The notes: a model not told the origin generated them from the sequence alone. DNA of 64,000 nt from an uncultured Gemmatimonadales bacterium (GCA_963730185.1 CAVSQW010000002.1:1-64000); one strand, 5' to 3'. Numbered from the stretch's first letter, positions 48,290 through 58,347 are shown. A program made the numbers and translations.

Positions 48290-48304
48290 AGGCATAGGGG
48301 TTGC
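48290..48304 (+). promoter_or_regulatory. Sigma54 promoter of flgF operon (AGGCATAGGGGTTGC)
   Basis: GG-N10-GC with TTGC. Confidence 0.75.
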
Positions 48305-48330
48305 GCCTCGCCCCGCTCGGAGGAATGCCG

Positions 48331-49026
48331 ATGTTCACATTGCGTGGAATTCTGACGGCGGCCCGGACGCTCTCGTACTACTCCCGGCTGCAAGAAGTCA
48401 CGACCAACAATCTGGCCAACGTCGACACGGCCGGCTTCAAGGCCGATCGACTGACGGCCCATCGTCCCTCGGATCTCGAGAGCCCGATTCCGGTGGAGTC
48501 GACCGACTTCTCCCAGGGATCGCTCCGGAAGACCGACCGGCCGCTCGACGTGGCCCTGGAAGGGAAGGGGTTCTTCGTGGTGGAGACCCCCAACGGCCAG
48601 CGCCTGACCCGGGGCGGAAGCCTCAAGCTCGACGGCCAGGGGCAGCTGACCGATGACGCCGGCAACCCGGTGCTGGGGGAGAACGGTCCCATCACCCTGA
48701 CCGGCGCCAAGATCGAAATCCGCCCCGACGGGTCCGTCATCGACGACGGCGCCGACGTGGGCCGCCTCAAGGTCGTGGTGCCCGGTGACGGGGCCCAGCT
48801 CCTCAAGGAGTCGAACGGCCGCTACCTGCTCAGCCGGGGGACCGTGGATCCGGCGGACAATACGGCCGTCCGTCAAGGGCAGCTCGAGGAAGCCAACTTC
48901 AGCTCGATTACCGCCATGGTCTCGCTGGTCGAGATCCAGCGAGCCTACCAGGCGAACGTCACCGCCGTCCGGACCATGGACGGGGTGCTGGGCTCGGTCA
49001 CCAACGACGTGGGACGGGTAACGTGA
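48331..49026 (+). CDS. flgF: Rod protein FlgF
   Basis: TNNLANVDTAGFK, TDRPLDVAL, LEEANF; GGAGG RBS. Confidence 0.88.
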   Translation: MFTLRGILTAARTLSYYSRLQEVTTNNLANVDTAGFKADRLTAHRPSDLESPIPVESTDFSQGSLRKTDRPLDVALEGKGFFVVETPNGQRLTRGGSLKLDGQGQLTDDAGNPVLGENGPITLTGAKIEIRPDGSVIDDGADVGRLKVVVPGDGAQLLKESNGRYLLSRGTVDPADNTAVRQGQLEEANFSSITAMVSLVEIQRAYQANVTAVRTMDGVLGSVTNDVGRVT

Positions 49027-49060
49027 TCGCCGCCGTCCATTCTTTCGAAGGGAGCGCGTG

Positions 49061-49852
49061 ATGGATCCGGCCATGCGGACCTCGGCGAGCGGGATGGTCG
49101 CCCAGCAGCGGATGATCGACGTGATCGCCAACAATCTGGCCAACGTCAACACCACCGCCTTCAAGCGGAGTCGGGCCAGCTTCCAGGACGTGCTCTACGA
49201 GACGCTCCAGGGCGAAGCCGTCGTCAACTACCAGAGCAACGACACCATCGCGCCGGTGCAGGTCGGTCGCGGCGTCCGGGTGGCGGCCGTCAGCCGGTTC
49301 CACCAGCAGGGCTCGCTCCAGCAGACCGACCGGCCGTTCGACCTGGCGATCGCGGGCGACGGGTTCTTCCAGATCCAGCGTCCCGACGGCACGATGGCCT
49401 ACACCCGGGACGGCTCGTTCACCCTCTCGAGCAACGGCGCCCTGGTCACCAGCAACGGTTACCTGGTTCAGCCGGGCGTGACGGTGCCGCCCGACTCGGT
49501 CGAGGTCAACGTCGCGCCCAACGGGATCGTCAGCGTCCGCTCCGGCTCCAACGATGCCCAGCCGGTCGAGATCGGGAAGATCGACCTGGTTCGGTTCGCC
49601 AATCCCACCGGGCTCGAGGCCCTGGGCGAGAACCTCTACCGGGAGACCGTCGCCTCCGGGCAGCCGATCACGGGCCAGGCCCAGGACAACGGCTTCGGCC
49701 GGATCCTCCAGGGCAACCTGGAGTCCAGCAACGTCGAGATCGTGGTCGAGATGACCGACATGATCGCGGCCCAGCGGGCCTACGAGATCAACGCCAAGGC
49801 CATCCGGACCACCGACGAGATGATGCAGAGCACCAATGACCTGGTTCGCTGA
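49061..49852 (+). CDS. flgG: Distal rod protein FlgG
   Basis: IANNLANVNTT, YTRDGSF, LESSNV..AQRAYEINAK. Confidence 0.95.
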   Translation: MDPAMRTSASGMVAQQRMIDVIANNLANVNTTAFKRSRASFQDVLYETLQGEAVVNYQSNDTIAPVQVGRGVRVAAVSRFHQQGSLQQTDRPFDLAIAGDGFFQIQRPDGTMAYTRDGSFTLSSNGALVTSNGYLVQPGVTVPPDSVEVNVAPNGIVSVRSGSNDAQPVEIGKIDLVRFANPTGLEALGENLYRETVASGQPITGQAQDNGFGRILQGNLESSNVEIVVEMTDMIAAQRAYEINAKAIRTTDEMMQSTNDLVR

Positions 49853-50495
49853 GCTGCTGCTGCTCGGGGCCGCCGTCACCGGCGACTCCACCGTCCCCGC
49901 CGGACTCGAGCTTCGGGTCCGCGAGGCCGTGGCCCGGGCCTGGCGGGTGCCGGCGGTCCAGGTGCAGGTGGCATGGGGCCAGGTCGCGGGGCGGGCGGAG
50001 CTCTCCGATTCGTCGGCCTTCCGGCTGGCCGGGCGAGGGCTCGCCGGCCGCTGGGTCGTCGTGGTGACCACCGAGCAAGGCGGCGCCGTGGCCATCGGGG
50101 TCCGGGCCGGCGTGGAGGACAGTGTCTGGTTGGCCGCCCGCCCGCTCCCGCTCGGGAGCACCGTGGGCGAGGGCGACCTGACCCGGGGCACCCGGCTCCG
50201 CTGGGGTCCACCCCCCGCCGACGCCGACTCTCCGATCGGCTGGGAGGTGCGCCGGTCGCTGGCCCAGGGCGACCCGGTGGAGGCGCCGGCGGTGCTCGAG
50301 CCGGCCGTGATTCGCGCCGGCGACCGAGTCCGGTTCGTCTGGCGGCAGGGATCGATCGCGGTGGTCCGGGAGGCGATCGCGGGCAACACCGCGCGACGTG
50401 GGGAAACCGTCTGGGCCCGGGATCCGGAGCGCGGCGACCGATTGGTCGGCACCGCGCTCGGCCGGGGCCTCGTGGATTTGAGAGGAGAGCGATAG
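49836..50495 (+). CDS. flgA: P-ring chaperone FlgA
   Basis: SAF-like AARPLPLG..GD..VIRAGDRV; position. Confidence 0.75.
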   Translation: MTWFAELLLLGAAVTGDSTVPAGLELRVREAVARAWRVPAVQVQVAWGQVAGRAELSDSSAFRLAGRGLAGRWVVVVTTEQGGAVAIGVRAGVEDSVWLAARPLPLGSTVGEGDLTRGTRLRWGPPPADADSPIGWEVRRSLAQGDPVEAPAVLEPAVIRAGDRVRFVWRQGSIAVVREAIAGNTARRGETVWARDPERGDRLVGTALGRGLVDLRGER

Positions 50496-51152
50496 ATGGG
50501 GTGGAGCAACTCGGCGATTCTCGGGATCGCCCTCACGGCCGGCGCCGGCGGGCTCGCGGCTCAGGCCACGCCGAACGGCCAGCGTCCCGACTCCGCTCGG
50601 GCCGCCGCCGACTCGGTGGCGCCGGCCCCGGTGCGAGCCCCGGTGCCGCCGCCGCGGGCGGCCTGGCTCTCCGACCGACTCCCGCTTCGAGTCGGCGATC
50701 TCCTGACCGTCGTGATCGACGAGCAGGCGAACGCCTCCGAGCGGGTATCCAACAACGCCACCGCCAACCGCGCCCTCAACACCGGGCTCGGGCTGAACCT
50801 CGATTCGACCATTCGACTCGGGCCGTCGAAGGCCTTCTCGAGCACCGTCGGGAACTCGTCGACCGAAGGCTCGACCAGCGGCCGGGCCGGCGCCCTGACC
50901 GCCGTCCTCGCGGTCCGGGTCACCGACATCGACGCCAACGGCGTCGCCTCGATCGAAGGGACCAAGAGCGTGACCGTGGACGGGCGCGAGCAGCAGGTGA
51001 AGCTGACCGGCATGGTGCGGGCCGAAGACGTGGCCTCCTCCAACCTGGTTTCCTCGAGCCGGATCGCCAACGCCCAGATCACCTACAAGGGCAAGACGGT
51101 GAAGCCCAAGACCGGCATCCTCGGCAAGATCCTCTCGATCCTCTGGCCCTGA
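50496..51152 (+). CDS. flgH: L-ring protein FlgH
   Basis: SDR..VGDLLTVVIDE, LTGMVRAED..SSRIANAQITY. Confidence 0.88.
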   Translation: MGWSNSAILGIALTAGAGGLAAQATPNGQRPDSARAAADSVAPAPVRAPVPPPRAAWLSDRLPLRVGDLLTVVIDEQANASERVSNNATANRALNTGLGLNLDSTIRLGPSKAFSSTVGNSSTEGSTSGRAGALTAVLAVRVTDIDANGVASIEGTKSVTVDGREQQVKLTGMVRAEDVASSNLVSSSRIANAQITYKGKTVKPKTGILGKILSILWP

Positions 51153-51155
51153 TCC

Positions 51156-52295
51156 ATGGCTCCCGTGTTCTCGTCGCGCTTTCGCCGGGCCCTCGTCCCG
51201 GCCCTCGCCCTGGTGGCGCTCGGCCTGGCCGGCCCGCTTCGGGCCCAGCAAGTGGCCCGGGTGGCCGACCTGACCCATCGCGCCGGCGACGTGGCCCGCC
51301 GGCTGGTCGGCTACGGGATCGTGGTCGGCCTCGATGGCACCGGCGACCGGAGCTTCGGCGGCTTCAACGGCTCGACCATGACCGTCCGATCGATCACCAA
51401 CCTGCTCCGCCGGTTCAATATCGAGGTCCCGCCCGACCAGATGCGGCTCCGGAACGTGGCCGCCGTGCTGGTCACGGCCGAGGTGTCGCCGTATCTCCGT
51501 TCGGGGGGGCGGTTCGAGGTGCAGGTGGCCGCCATGGGCGACGCCACGTCGCTCCGGGGTGGGGTGCTCTGGATGGCGCCGCTCCTCACCGATCCGAACC
51601 AGCCGCCGGTCGCCACCGCGCAGGGCATGCTGGTCGTGCCCACGGACGGTACCGGCCGGATCAGCATCCGCCAGGGTAACAGCGGGCGGATCGCCGACGG
51701 CGGGCTACTCGAGGTCGATCTCCCGACCCCAACCCTCTCGGGAACGCCCCGCCTCTCCCTCGCCACCCCGGATCTCCGGATGGCCACCCGGATCGCCGGG
51801 GCCATCCGGGCCGTTTACGGCGACAGCGCCGCCCGGACCGAGGATGCCGGCAGCGTGCTCCTCAACCCTGGGGCCGGGCGTGCCGATAGTCTCAGTATGT
51901 GGCTCGCGGCCATCGACACCCTGCCGGTGACCGTAGTCGAGGTGAGCCGGGTGGTGATCGACGGCCGCGACGGCACCGTCGTGCTGGGTGGCGACGTCCG
52001 GGTCGGGCAGGCCACGGTGAGCCACCGGGGCTTGACCGTGCAGGTGGGCGGCCCTCCGCTGCCGGCGGCGGCCCCACCGGCCCAGCGGGCCCCCGGCGAC
52101 ACGACCGCCGCGACGGCCGCCGATTCGACCGCCACCGCGAGTGCCGCCGGGCTGATCCGGGCCACGGCCGGCGCGAGCGTCCAGGAGCTGGTCGCCGGGC
52201 TTCACGCAGCCGGCGCCCGAGCTCAGGAAGTGGCCGCGATCTTCGAGGCCTTGCGCGCGGCGGGCGCGATCCGGGCCCAGGTGGTGGTCCGATGA
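51156..52295 (+). CDS. flgI: P-ring protein FlgI
   Basis: LVGYGIVVGLDGTGD, NVAAVLVTA, GDATSLRGG. Confidence 0.93.
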   Translation: MAPVFSSRFRRALVPALALVALGLAGPLRAQQVARVADLTHRAGDVARRLVGYGIVVGLDGTGDRSFGGFNGSTMTVRSITNLLRRFNIEVPPDQMRLRNVAAVLVTAEVSPYLRSGGRFEVQVAAMGDATSLRGGVLWMAPLLTDPNQPPVATAQGMLVVPTDGTGRISIRQGNSGRIADGGLLEVDLPTPTLSGTPRLSLATPDLRMATRIAGAIRAVYGDSAARTEDAGSVLLNPGAGRADSLSMWLAAIDTLPVTVVEVSRVVIDGRDGTVVLGGDVRVGQATVSHRGLTVQVGGPPLPAAAPPAQRAPGDTTAATAADSTATASAAGLIRATAGASVQELVAGLHAAGARAQEVAAIFEALRAAGAIRAQVVVR

Positions 52296-52600
52296 CCGGG
52301 ATTGGCGGGATCGGCGCGGGCGGCGGTCCGCCGGCGGCCGACGAACACACCCGGCTCCGGCAGACGGCGCAGCAGTTCGAGGGGCTGTTTCTGGCTCAGC
52401 TCTTCAAGGAAATGCGGGCCTCGGTCCCGAACGAAGGGCTGACCGGCAGCTCGGCGGGGCAGGAGACCTTCACCGGCTTCTTCGACGACGCGATCGCCCA
52501 AGAGGCCGCCAAACACTCGACCCGCGGCCTCGGTGAGGCCCTCTATCGACAGCTGGCCCGGCGCCTCGACGGCGCCCCGCCCACCGGGGACGTGAAATGA
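52292..52600 (+). CDS. flgJ: FlgJ rod-binding domain only (no muramidase)
   Basis: LRQTAQQFEGLFL..EMRASVP..GLGEALYRQL. Confidence 0.85.
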   Translation: MTGIGGIGAGGGPPAADEHTRLRQTAQQFEGLFLAQLFKEMRASVPNEGLTGSSAGQETFTGFFDDAIAQEAAKHSTRGLGEALYRQLARRLDGAPPTGDVK

Positions 52601-53106
52601 GCGCCGTGACCACCGAACTGCCCAGCTCGACCGAATCCGCCGCCGGACTTCGCCATGGGCTCGAGACCGAGCGCGGCCTCCTCAAGGATCTGCGGGGCGC
52701 CCTCCGGGAACAGCGCGACGCGCTGGCCCGCGACGACGCGCCGGCGCTCGAAGCCATCGTCCACCAGATCGGACGGACTCTGCTCGCGATCCGCGAAACC
52801 CGGCGCCACCGAAGCGGGCTGATCGCCGTCCTGACCGGCTCGTCCGACGCCGCGTTGTCGGCGGCCATCGGTGTCCTGACGCCGGCCGAGGCCGAGCCGG
52901 TGGAAGCCCTCTGCCGCGAGCTCCATCAGACGGCAATGGCGGCCAGCCGCGAGCTGGCGATCAACCAGTCGGTCCTCCGTCGCGCCATTCAGACCGGCGA
53001 GCAATTTCTCCAGCAGATGCTGACCGCCCCGGTCGACGGCGAGGGCGCCGGTAGCTATCCGGCGCCCGCGAGCGCGAGCGGTCTCCTCTTCAACCAACGG
53101 GCCTGA
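52597..53106 (+). CDS. flgN: FlgN-like chaperone
   Basis: Coiled-coil, ELAINQSVL, position before flgK. Confidence 0.7.
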   Translation: MSAVTTELPSSTESAAGLRHGLETERGLLKDLRGALREQRDALARDDAPALEAIVHQIGRTLLAIRETRRHRSGLIAVLTGSSDAALSAAIGVLTPAEAEPVEALCRELHQTAMAASRELAINQSVLRRAIQTGEQFLQQMLTAPVDGEGAGSYPAPASASGLLFNQRA

Positions 53107-53109
53107 TCC

Positions 53110-54582
53110 ATGTCCGTCACGAGTCTGCTCTCCATCGCTCGCGGCGCGCTCTCCGCTCAGGAGCAGGCGGTCAACGTCGTCGGGCACAACATCGCCAATG
53201 CCGAGACGCCGGGGTACACCCGCCAACGGGTCACCCTCGCGGCGGCGACGCCGGAGACGCTCCTGCCCCTGGGGCAGATCGGCCGGGGCGTGACCGTGGC
53301 CGGGATCGAGCGGCTGCGGAGCGCCTTCCTCGACTCCAGCTGGCGCCAGGAGGCGGGGCTCCAGGGTCGGGCCCAGTCCCTCTCCGACGTCCTGAGCCAG
53401 GTGACCGGCGTGCTGGCGGAGCCCAGTGACACCGGCCTGGGGGCCAGTCTCGACAACCTGATCGACGCCTTCAACTCGCTCGCCTCGAACCCGGTCGATC
53501 CGACCAACCGCGCGGTGGTCGCCGCCAGCGCCACCGCACTGGTTGACAAGTTCCACGGCATCGACAGCCAGCTGACCGCCATTTCTCAGAACGCCGCGGC
53601 CGGTCTGACCCAGGCCGCCAACGACGTCAACTCATACGCCGCTCAGATCAGCGATCTGAACGCCCAGATCCGGGCGGCCGGCGGCTCCGCCCCCGACCTC
53701 CTCGATCGGCGGGACCAGCTGGTCGACAAGATCGGCGGCCTGATCGACGTCAAGGTGGTCGACCGGGGGTTCGGGACGGTCGACGTTCTCGCGGGCGGGC
53801 TCCAGCTGGTGTCGTCGGGGGGCACGACCCAATCGCTCTCGGTGAGCGGCAGCGGGCCGTACCAGGTGCAGATCGGATCGCCCGCGGCACCGGTGAGCAT
53901 CGGTGGCGGCAAGATCGCCGGCTTGATCGATGCCCTCAACACGATCGGCTCGCGGGGCTCCGGGACCACCCGGGCCACCGGGCTCCGGGGACAGCTCGAC
54001 GACCTGGCCGCCGGGCTGGTGACCGCTGTGAACCAGATTCACAGCGACTACGATCCCAGCACCAAGCCGCTCCAGCCGACCATCACGCCGGCCCCGTCGC
54101 CCCTGGCCACGATCGGCGCCTTCTTCGATCCGAACGGCATCACCGCGGCCTCGATTCAGCTCGATCCGGCCATCCAGGCCGATCCGGCCAACATCGCGGC
54201 CGGGTACAGCACCGCCGCGGGCGACAACACGATCGCGCTCCAGCTGAGCGGGCTCCGGAATCTCGCGGTTCCCGTCCCGGGCGCGAGCGGCGCGACCCCG
54301 AGCTCGCCGGCCACCACCGCCGGCGGGTCCCAGATTCTCGGTGACTTCTACACCTCGTTCGTGGCGGGCCTGGGCGTCACCGCCCAGGCGGCCCAGTCCC
54401 GGGCGGATTCCCACACCACCTTGCTCGGGAACCTGGATGCCAAGCGGCAGTCGGACTCGGGGGTGTCGATCGACGAGGAGATGGTGAGCCTGATCGAGCA
54501 TCAGCAGGCCTACACCGCGGCCGCCCGCCTGGTGAAGGTGGCCGACGAGATGCTCCAGGAACTGGTGAATCTAGGGCGGTAG
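53110..54582 (+). CDS. flgK: Hook-associated protein FlgK
   Basis: GHNIANAETPGYTRQ, DLLDRRD, SGVSIDEEM..QQAYTAAAR. Confidence 0.94.
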   Translation: MSVTSLLSIARGALSAQEQAVNVVGHNIANAETPGYTRQRVTLAAATPETLLPLGQIGRGVTVAGIERLRSAFLDSSWRQEAGLQGRAQSLSDVLSQVTGVLAEPSDTGLGASLDNLIDAFNSLASNPVDPTNRAVVAASATALVDKFHGIDSQLTAISQNAAAGLTQAANDVNSYAAQISDLNAQIRAAGGSAPDLLDRRDQLVDKIGGLIDVKVVDRGFGTVDVLAGGLQLVSSGGTTQSLSVSGSGPYQVQIGSPAAPVSIGGGKIAGLIDALNTIGSRGSGTTRATGLRGQLDDLAAGLVTAVNQIHSDYDPSTKPLQPTITPAPSPLATIGAFFDPNGITAASIQLDPAIQADPANIAAGYSTAAGDNTIALQLSGLRNLAVPVPGASGATPSSPATTAGGSQILGDFYTSFVAGLGVTAQAAQSRADSHTTLLGNLDAKRQSDSGVSIDEEMVSLIEHQQAYTAAARLVKVADEMLQELVNLGR

Positions 54583-54590
54583 GTCGTGAC

Positions 54591-55316
54591 TCAGGGGGCG
54601 GGGCGGAGGGTGACCACCGTCTCGGTCCCGCCACCGGCCCGAACCCGGAATGCCAGCGTGCCGCCAGCCCGCTCCACCAGGGCCCGCGCCACGAACACCC
54701 CGACTCCACCGTGCGAGGCGGCCGGCCAGTCGCCGGCGAGCGGCCGCTCGACGACGAGGCCCGGTCCCGGGCCCCGATCGGCGATGACGATCGCCGCGCC
54801 CGACGGCCCGCCGGAGCTCGTAACCCGGACTTCGGTGCCGTCCTGGCCGGCGGCCTCCTTGGCGTTGTGCAGCAGGTCGAGCAGCACCTGGGTCAGCGCC
54901 GGGGTGGAGATCGCGACCCGAATCCGAGCGGTCACCGGGTCGATCCGAGTCGGCGTCGGGGGGACGTTGCGCTGAAACTCGGCCAGCCGTTCCACGGTCC
55001 GGAGTACCTCGCCCAGGTCGGAGACCGGGTCGGGGTCGGCCGGGTAGCGGCCCAGCTGGCCCAGAAGGTCGAGCGTCTCGGTCATGGCCTCGACGGCGCC
55101 GTCGACTCGCGACAGCACCGAGGCGTCCGCCTCGAAGGCGCCCATCCCCGAGCTCAGGGCCAGAACCTGGAGATTGTTGCGGATGTCGTGCGCGATCCCG
55201 CGAAGCAGCGACTGAATGGTATGGGCCCGACCGAGCGTCACCAGCCGGTCGATCTCCGCAGGGCTCAGCGGGACGGTGTCCTCGTCGGGAGAGTGCATTG
55301 GGTCGACGGGCACCAT
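54591..55316 (-). CDS. Sensor-less histidine kinase (HisKA + HATPase)
   Basis: GIAHDIRNNL, LLHNAKEA, IADRGPG, GGVGV. Confidence 0.75.
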   Translation of the reverse strand: MVPVDPMHSPDEDTVPLSPAEIDRLVTLGRAHTIQSLLRGIAHDIRNNLQVLALSSGMGAFEADASVLSRVDGAVEAMTETLDLLGQLGRYPADPDPVSDLGEVLRTVERLAEFQRNVPPTPTRIDPVTARIRVAISTPALTQVLLDLLHNAKEAAGQDGTEVRVTSSGGPSGAAIVIADRGPGPGLVVERPLAGDWPAASHGGVGVFVARALVERAGGTLAFRVRAGGGTETVVTLRPAP

Positions 55317-55350
55317 GATAGGGCGCGCCCGGGTCGGACGGCAAGGCCTC

Positions 55351-56547
55351 TCAGGCCGCCGGCGTTCCCCGGCGGACCCAGACCCCGTGCACGATCGGGT
55401 CGCTCCGGTGCCGCCGGCGAATCGTCTCGAGGGTCGCCTGGGTCAGCTGGGCACCGGCCGCGAGGAGCTTCACGCCGGAGCTGGTACAGAGATCGTCGGC
55501 CAGGACCATCCCCTCCTCGAGCTTCGTGATCGGCACCCGGGCTCGCGACGCCGTCGCCGGTGCGTCGGCTCCGGCCCGGACGATGGCGTCCAGGTAGGCC
55601 ACGACCAGCGGGTCGTACCGCGTGCCCGAGTGAGCCGCCAGGCGATCGAGCGCCGTGGGGGGCGTCGCCGCCTGGCCGGACTCCAAGAGGGCGTGGTAGT
55701 CGATCAAGCAGCGGAGGATCCGGGACCGGAGCGGAACCTGGCCCTGGCGGAGCCGGTCGGGATGGCCCGTTCCGTCCCAGTTCTCGAAGGACGCGCCGAT
55801 CAGGTCGGCGGCCGGCTCGAGTCCATCGGTCTGGCGGAGGAGGTCGCGGGCGGCCACCACGTAGCGCCAGGCGTCGCCCTCGAGCACGTCCTCGACCTCG
55901 TCGCCTTCCGCCTGCTCGGTCGCCAGCACCACCTTGCCGATCTCGTGGAGCTGAGCCGCGATCGTCAGGTCCCGCCGGAGCACCGGTGGGATCTCGAACC
56001 GATCGGCCAGCTGGGCGGCCAGCCGGGCGCTGTCGGCGCCCCGGGCCGCCGCCCCCGGCACCCGGAGGTCCACCAACTGGACCAGCAGCGCCAGCAGGTT
56101 GTCCAGCCGCTCGGCCACCGCCCGGTTCAGGCGCTCGAGCTCCAGCTTGTCGGCCCGGAGCTGATCGTGGAGCCGCTTGAGCCGGAGCATGGACCGGACC
56201 CGGGCCACCAGGTCGGCCGGCCCCACGGGCTTGATCAGGAAATCGTCCACCTCAGCCTCGGCGGCGATCTCGACCGGCGCGTCCGCGCTCGGCTCGAGCA
56301 CGACCACCAGGGTGCCCTCGAGGGTGTCGTCCTCCTTGATCGCCCGGCCCAGCGCCAGGCCGCTGCCGTCTGGCAGGGCCCGGTCGGTCACCACCAGGTC
56401 GGGGCGGTGGATCCGGGCCGCCGCGAGCCCCGACGCCAGGTCGGTCGCCGTGAGGATCCTCAGACCCTGGTACGGCTTGAGGACCGCCTGGTAGGCGGCC
56501 GCGTCGGCCGGATCGCCGACCAAGAGGGCCGTGCCGGCGAGCGTCAT
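55351..56547 (-). CDS. REC + degenerate HD-GYP protein
   Basis: PDLVVTD..DDFLIKP; LHEIGK, FENWDGTGHP..VPLRSRIL, SGTRYDP. Confidence 0.8.
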   Translation of the reverse strand: MTLAGTALLVGDPADAAAYQAVLKPYQGLRILTATDLASGLAAARIHRPDLVVTDRALPDGSGLALGRAIKEDDTLEGTLVVVLEPSADAPVEIAAEAEVDDFLIKPVGPADLVARVRSMLRLKRLHDQLRADKLELERLNRAVAERLDNLLALLVQLVDLRVPGAAARGADSARLAAQLADRFEIPPVLRRDLTIAAQLHEIGKVVLATEQAEGDEVEDVLEGDAWRYVVAARDLLRQTDGLEPAADLIGASFENWDGTGHPDRLRQGQVPLRSRILRCLIDYHALLESGQAATPPTALDRLAAHSGTRYDPLVVAYLDAIVRAGADAPATASRARVPITKLEEGMVLADDLCTSSGVKLLAAGAQLTQATLETIRRRHRSDPIVHGVWVRRGTPAA

Positions 56548-57374
56548 CGGCGCCGCGCCAGCATCTTCCGGACGCTGTCGGCCGGGATGGTCACCTTGCC
56601 GACCGTCCGGTTCAACAGCACCAGGATGCTGACCCGCCGGTTCCGCGGATCGAAGGGCGCGTCCGGGTAGCGGAGCCGCCGGTCGGCCATCCCCCGGATC
56701 TCTTCGAACCGCCGCGACGGCACTCCCGCGTCGCCGACGATCCGCCGGGCGGCGTTGGCGCGGTCGGCCGAGAGCTCCCAGTTCGAGTAGCCCGAGCCGC
56801 TCACGTAGGGACGGGCGTCGGTGTGACCCTCGATGGTGACCTGGTTGGAGTCGGGCGCCAGCTCCTGGCCGATCAGGTTGAGCAGCAGTTTGCCCTTGTC
56901 GCTCACCGTTGCCTTGCCGGACTCGAAGAACTGAGCCGTCGAGTCCTCCAACAGCTCGATCCGGAGGCCCTCGTCGGTCATGGTGATCTCGACGTGGTTC
57001 TTGAGCGAATCGAGCAGGGGAACCGTGCCGAGCTTGTCCTTGAGGTCCTGCGCGATGTTCATCAACCGGTCGATCCGGAGGTCCACCACCTGGGGCGGGG
57101 CCAGGGGGCGGGCCATCTGGGTCTGGGCCCCCTCGCCCGGGATGATGGACGAGCCGAACTCGTCGGCCCGGCCCAGCGGGTCCTGGAAGTATCCGGCGAT
57201 CGCGGACTTGACGTCCGAGCTCTGGTTCACGAGCCAGAGCACCAGGAAGAGCGCGAACATCGCCGTCATGAAGTCGGCAAGCGCGACCTTCCAGGCACCG
57301 CCGTGATGGCCGTGGCCGCCGCTCTTCTTGCGGACGATGATGATGGGGGTTTCGCGGTCCCGATTCACGGCCAT
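56544..57374 (-). CDS. motB: Stator MotB
   Basis: GGAWKVALADFMTAM, IEGHTD, NWELSADRA, NRRV. Confidence 0.95.
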   Translation of the reverse strand: MAVNRDRETPIIIVRKKSGGHGHHGGAWKVALADFMTAMFALFLVLWLVNQSSDVKSAIAGYFQDPLGRADEFGSSIIPGEGAQTQMARPLAPPQVVDLRIDRLMNIAQDLKDKLGTVPLLDSLKNHVEITMTDEGLRIELLEDSTAQFFESGKATVSDKGKLLLNLIGQELAPDSNQVTIEGHTDARPYVSGSGYSNWELSADRANAARRIVGDAGVPSRRFEEIRGMADRRLRYPDAPFDPRNRRVSILVLLNRTVGKVTIPADSVRKMLARRR

Positions 57375-57381
57375 AGCCGAC

Positions 57382-58233
57382 CTACTTCCCCTTGCAGGCG
57401 GTTTCCATGGCCTGGAACGTAGGACGGACGTCCGCCGGGATCGCCCGCCGGGCGAACTCGACCGCGACGATCGGGGCGAAGCCCTTCGCGAAGGCTACGA
57501 CCCCGGCGCGAAGCACCTGATAGAAACTGCCCTCCGCGGCGTTGAGGTGCTCGATGGCGGTGGCCAGCGGGCCGAAGAAGCCGTAGGCGCAGAACACCCC
57601 AAGCATCGTCCCGGTGAGCGCCGCCCCGACGTGCTCGCCGACCTGCTCCACGGGGCCGGAGATCGCCGCCATCGTGACGATGATGCCGAGTACGGCCGCC
57701 ACGATCCCGATCCCGGGGAGCGCGTCCGCCACCTTCTGGAGGGCATCGGCCGCGGCGCTCTCCTGGAGGTGAAGGAGGTCGATCTCCCCGTCCATCAGGG
57801 AGTCGAGGTCGTGGGGCGGCACGCTGCCCACGATCACCAGCCGAAGGTTGTCGCAGAGGAATTGGACCGCGTGAACGTGGTGGTGGATGGCCGGGTACTT
57901 CTTCAAGACGGAGCTCTGTTCCGGCCCCTCGACGTGGGCCTCGATGGCCACCAGGCCGTCCTTCCGGGCCAGCTGGAACAATTCGAAGAGGAGCCGGAGG
58001 GCATCGAGGTAGGTGGTGGAGCTGAACGGGGCTCCCTTGAATACCCCCGCTACCTTGCCGATCATTAGTTTCAGGACCGATGGGGGGGTCGAGACCAGGA
58101 CCGTTCCCAGAGCGGTGCCCAGGATGACGACGATCTCTGAAACATGGAACAATGCCAGAATCTTGCCCCCGGCGATCGTGAAACCGCCGAGGACCGAAGC
58201 AAGGACGACGATGATGCCGATGATCGCGAACAT
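57382..58233 (-). CDS. motA: Stator MotA
   Basis: ARKDGLVAIE, ADALPGIGIVAAVLGII, AVEFARR. Confidence 0.95.
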   Translation of the reverse strand: MFAIIGIIVVLASVLGGFTIAGGKILALFHVSEIVVILGTALGTVLVSTPPSVLKLMIGKVAGVFKGAPFSSTTYLDALRLLFELFQLARKDGLVAIEAHVEGPEQSSVLKKYPAIHHHVHAVQFLCDNLRLVIVGSVPPHDLDSLMDGEIDLLHLQESAAADALQKVADALPGIGIVAAVLGIIVTMAAISGPVEQVGEHVGAALTGTMLGVFCAYGFFGPLATAIEHLNAAEGSFYQVLRAGVVAFAKGFAPIVAVEFARRAIPADVRPTFQAMETACKGK

Positions 58234-58285
58234 GCCTGGCCCTCAGTCCATACTCCGGGTTGGACTACCCGGGTGTGGGGGGTCA

Positions 58286-58313
58286 GTATCGGTCCCGCGA
58301 TCGGTCATCTTGA
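58286..58313 (-). promoter_or_regulatory. Sigma28-like promoter of motAB, TCAA-N16-ACCGATAC
   Basis: Read on the minus strand. Confidence 0.65.
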
Positions 58314-58347
58314 GGCGTAGCCAGGGGCCTGACGGGGGGGCAAATCG

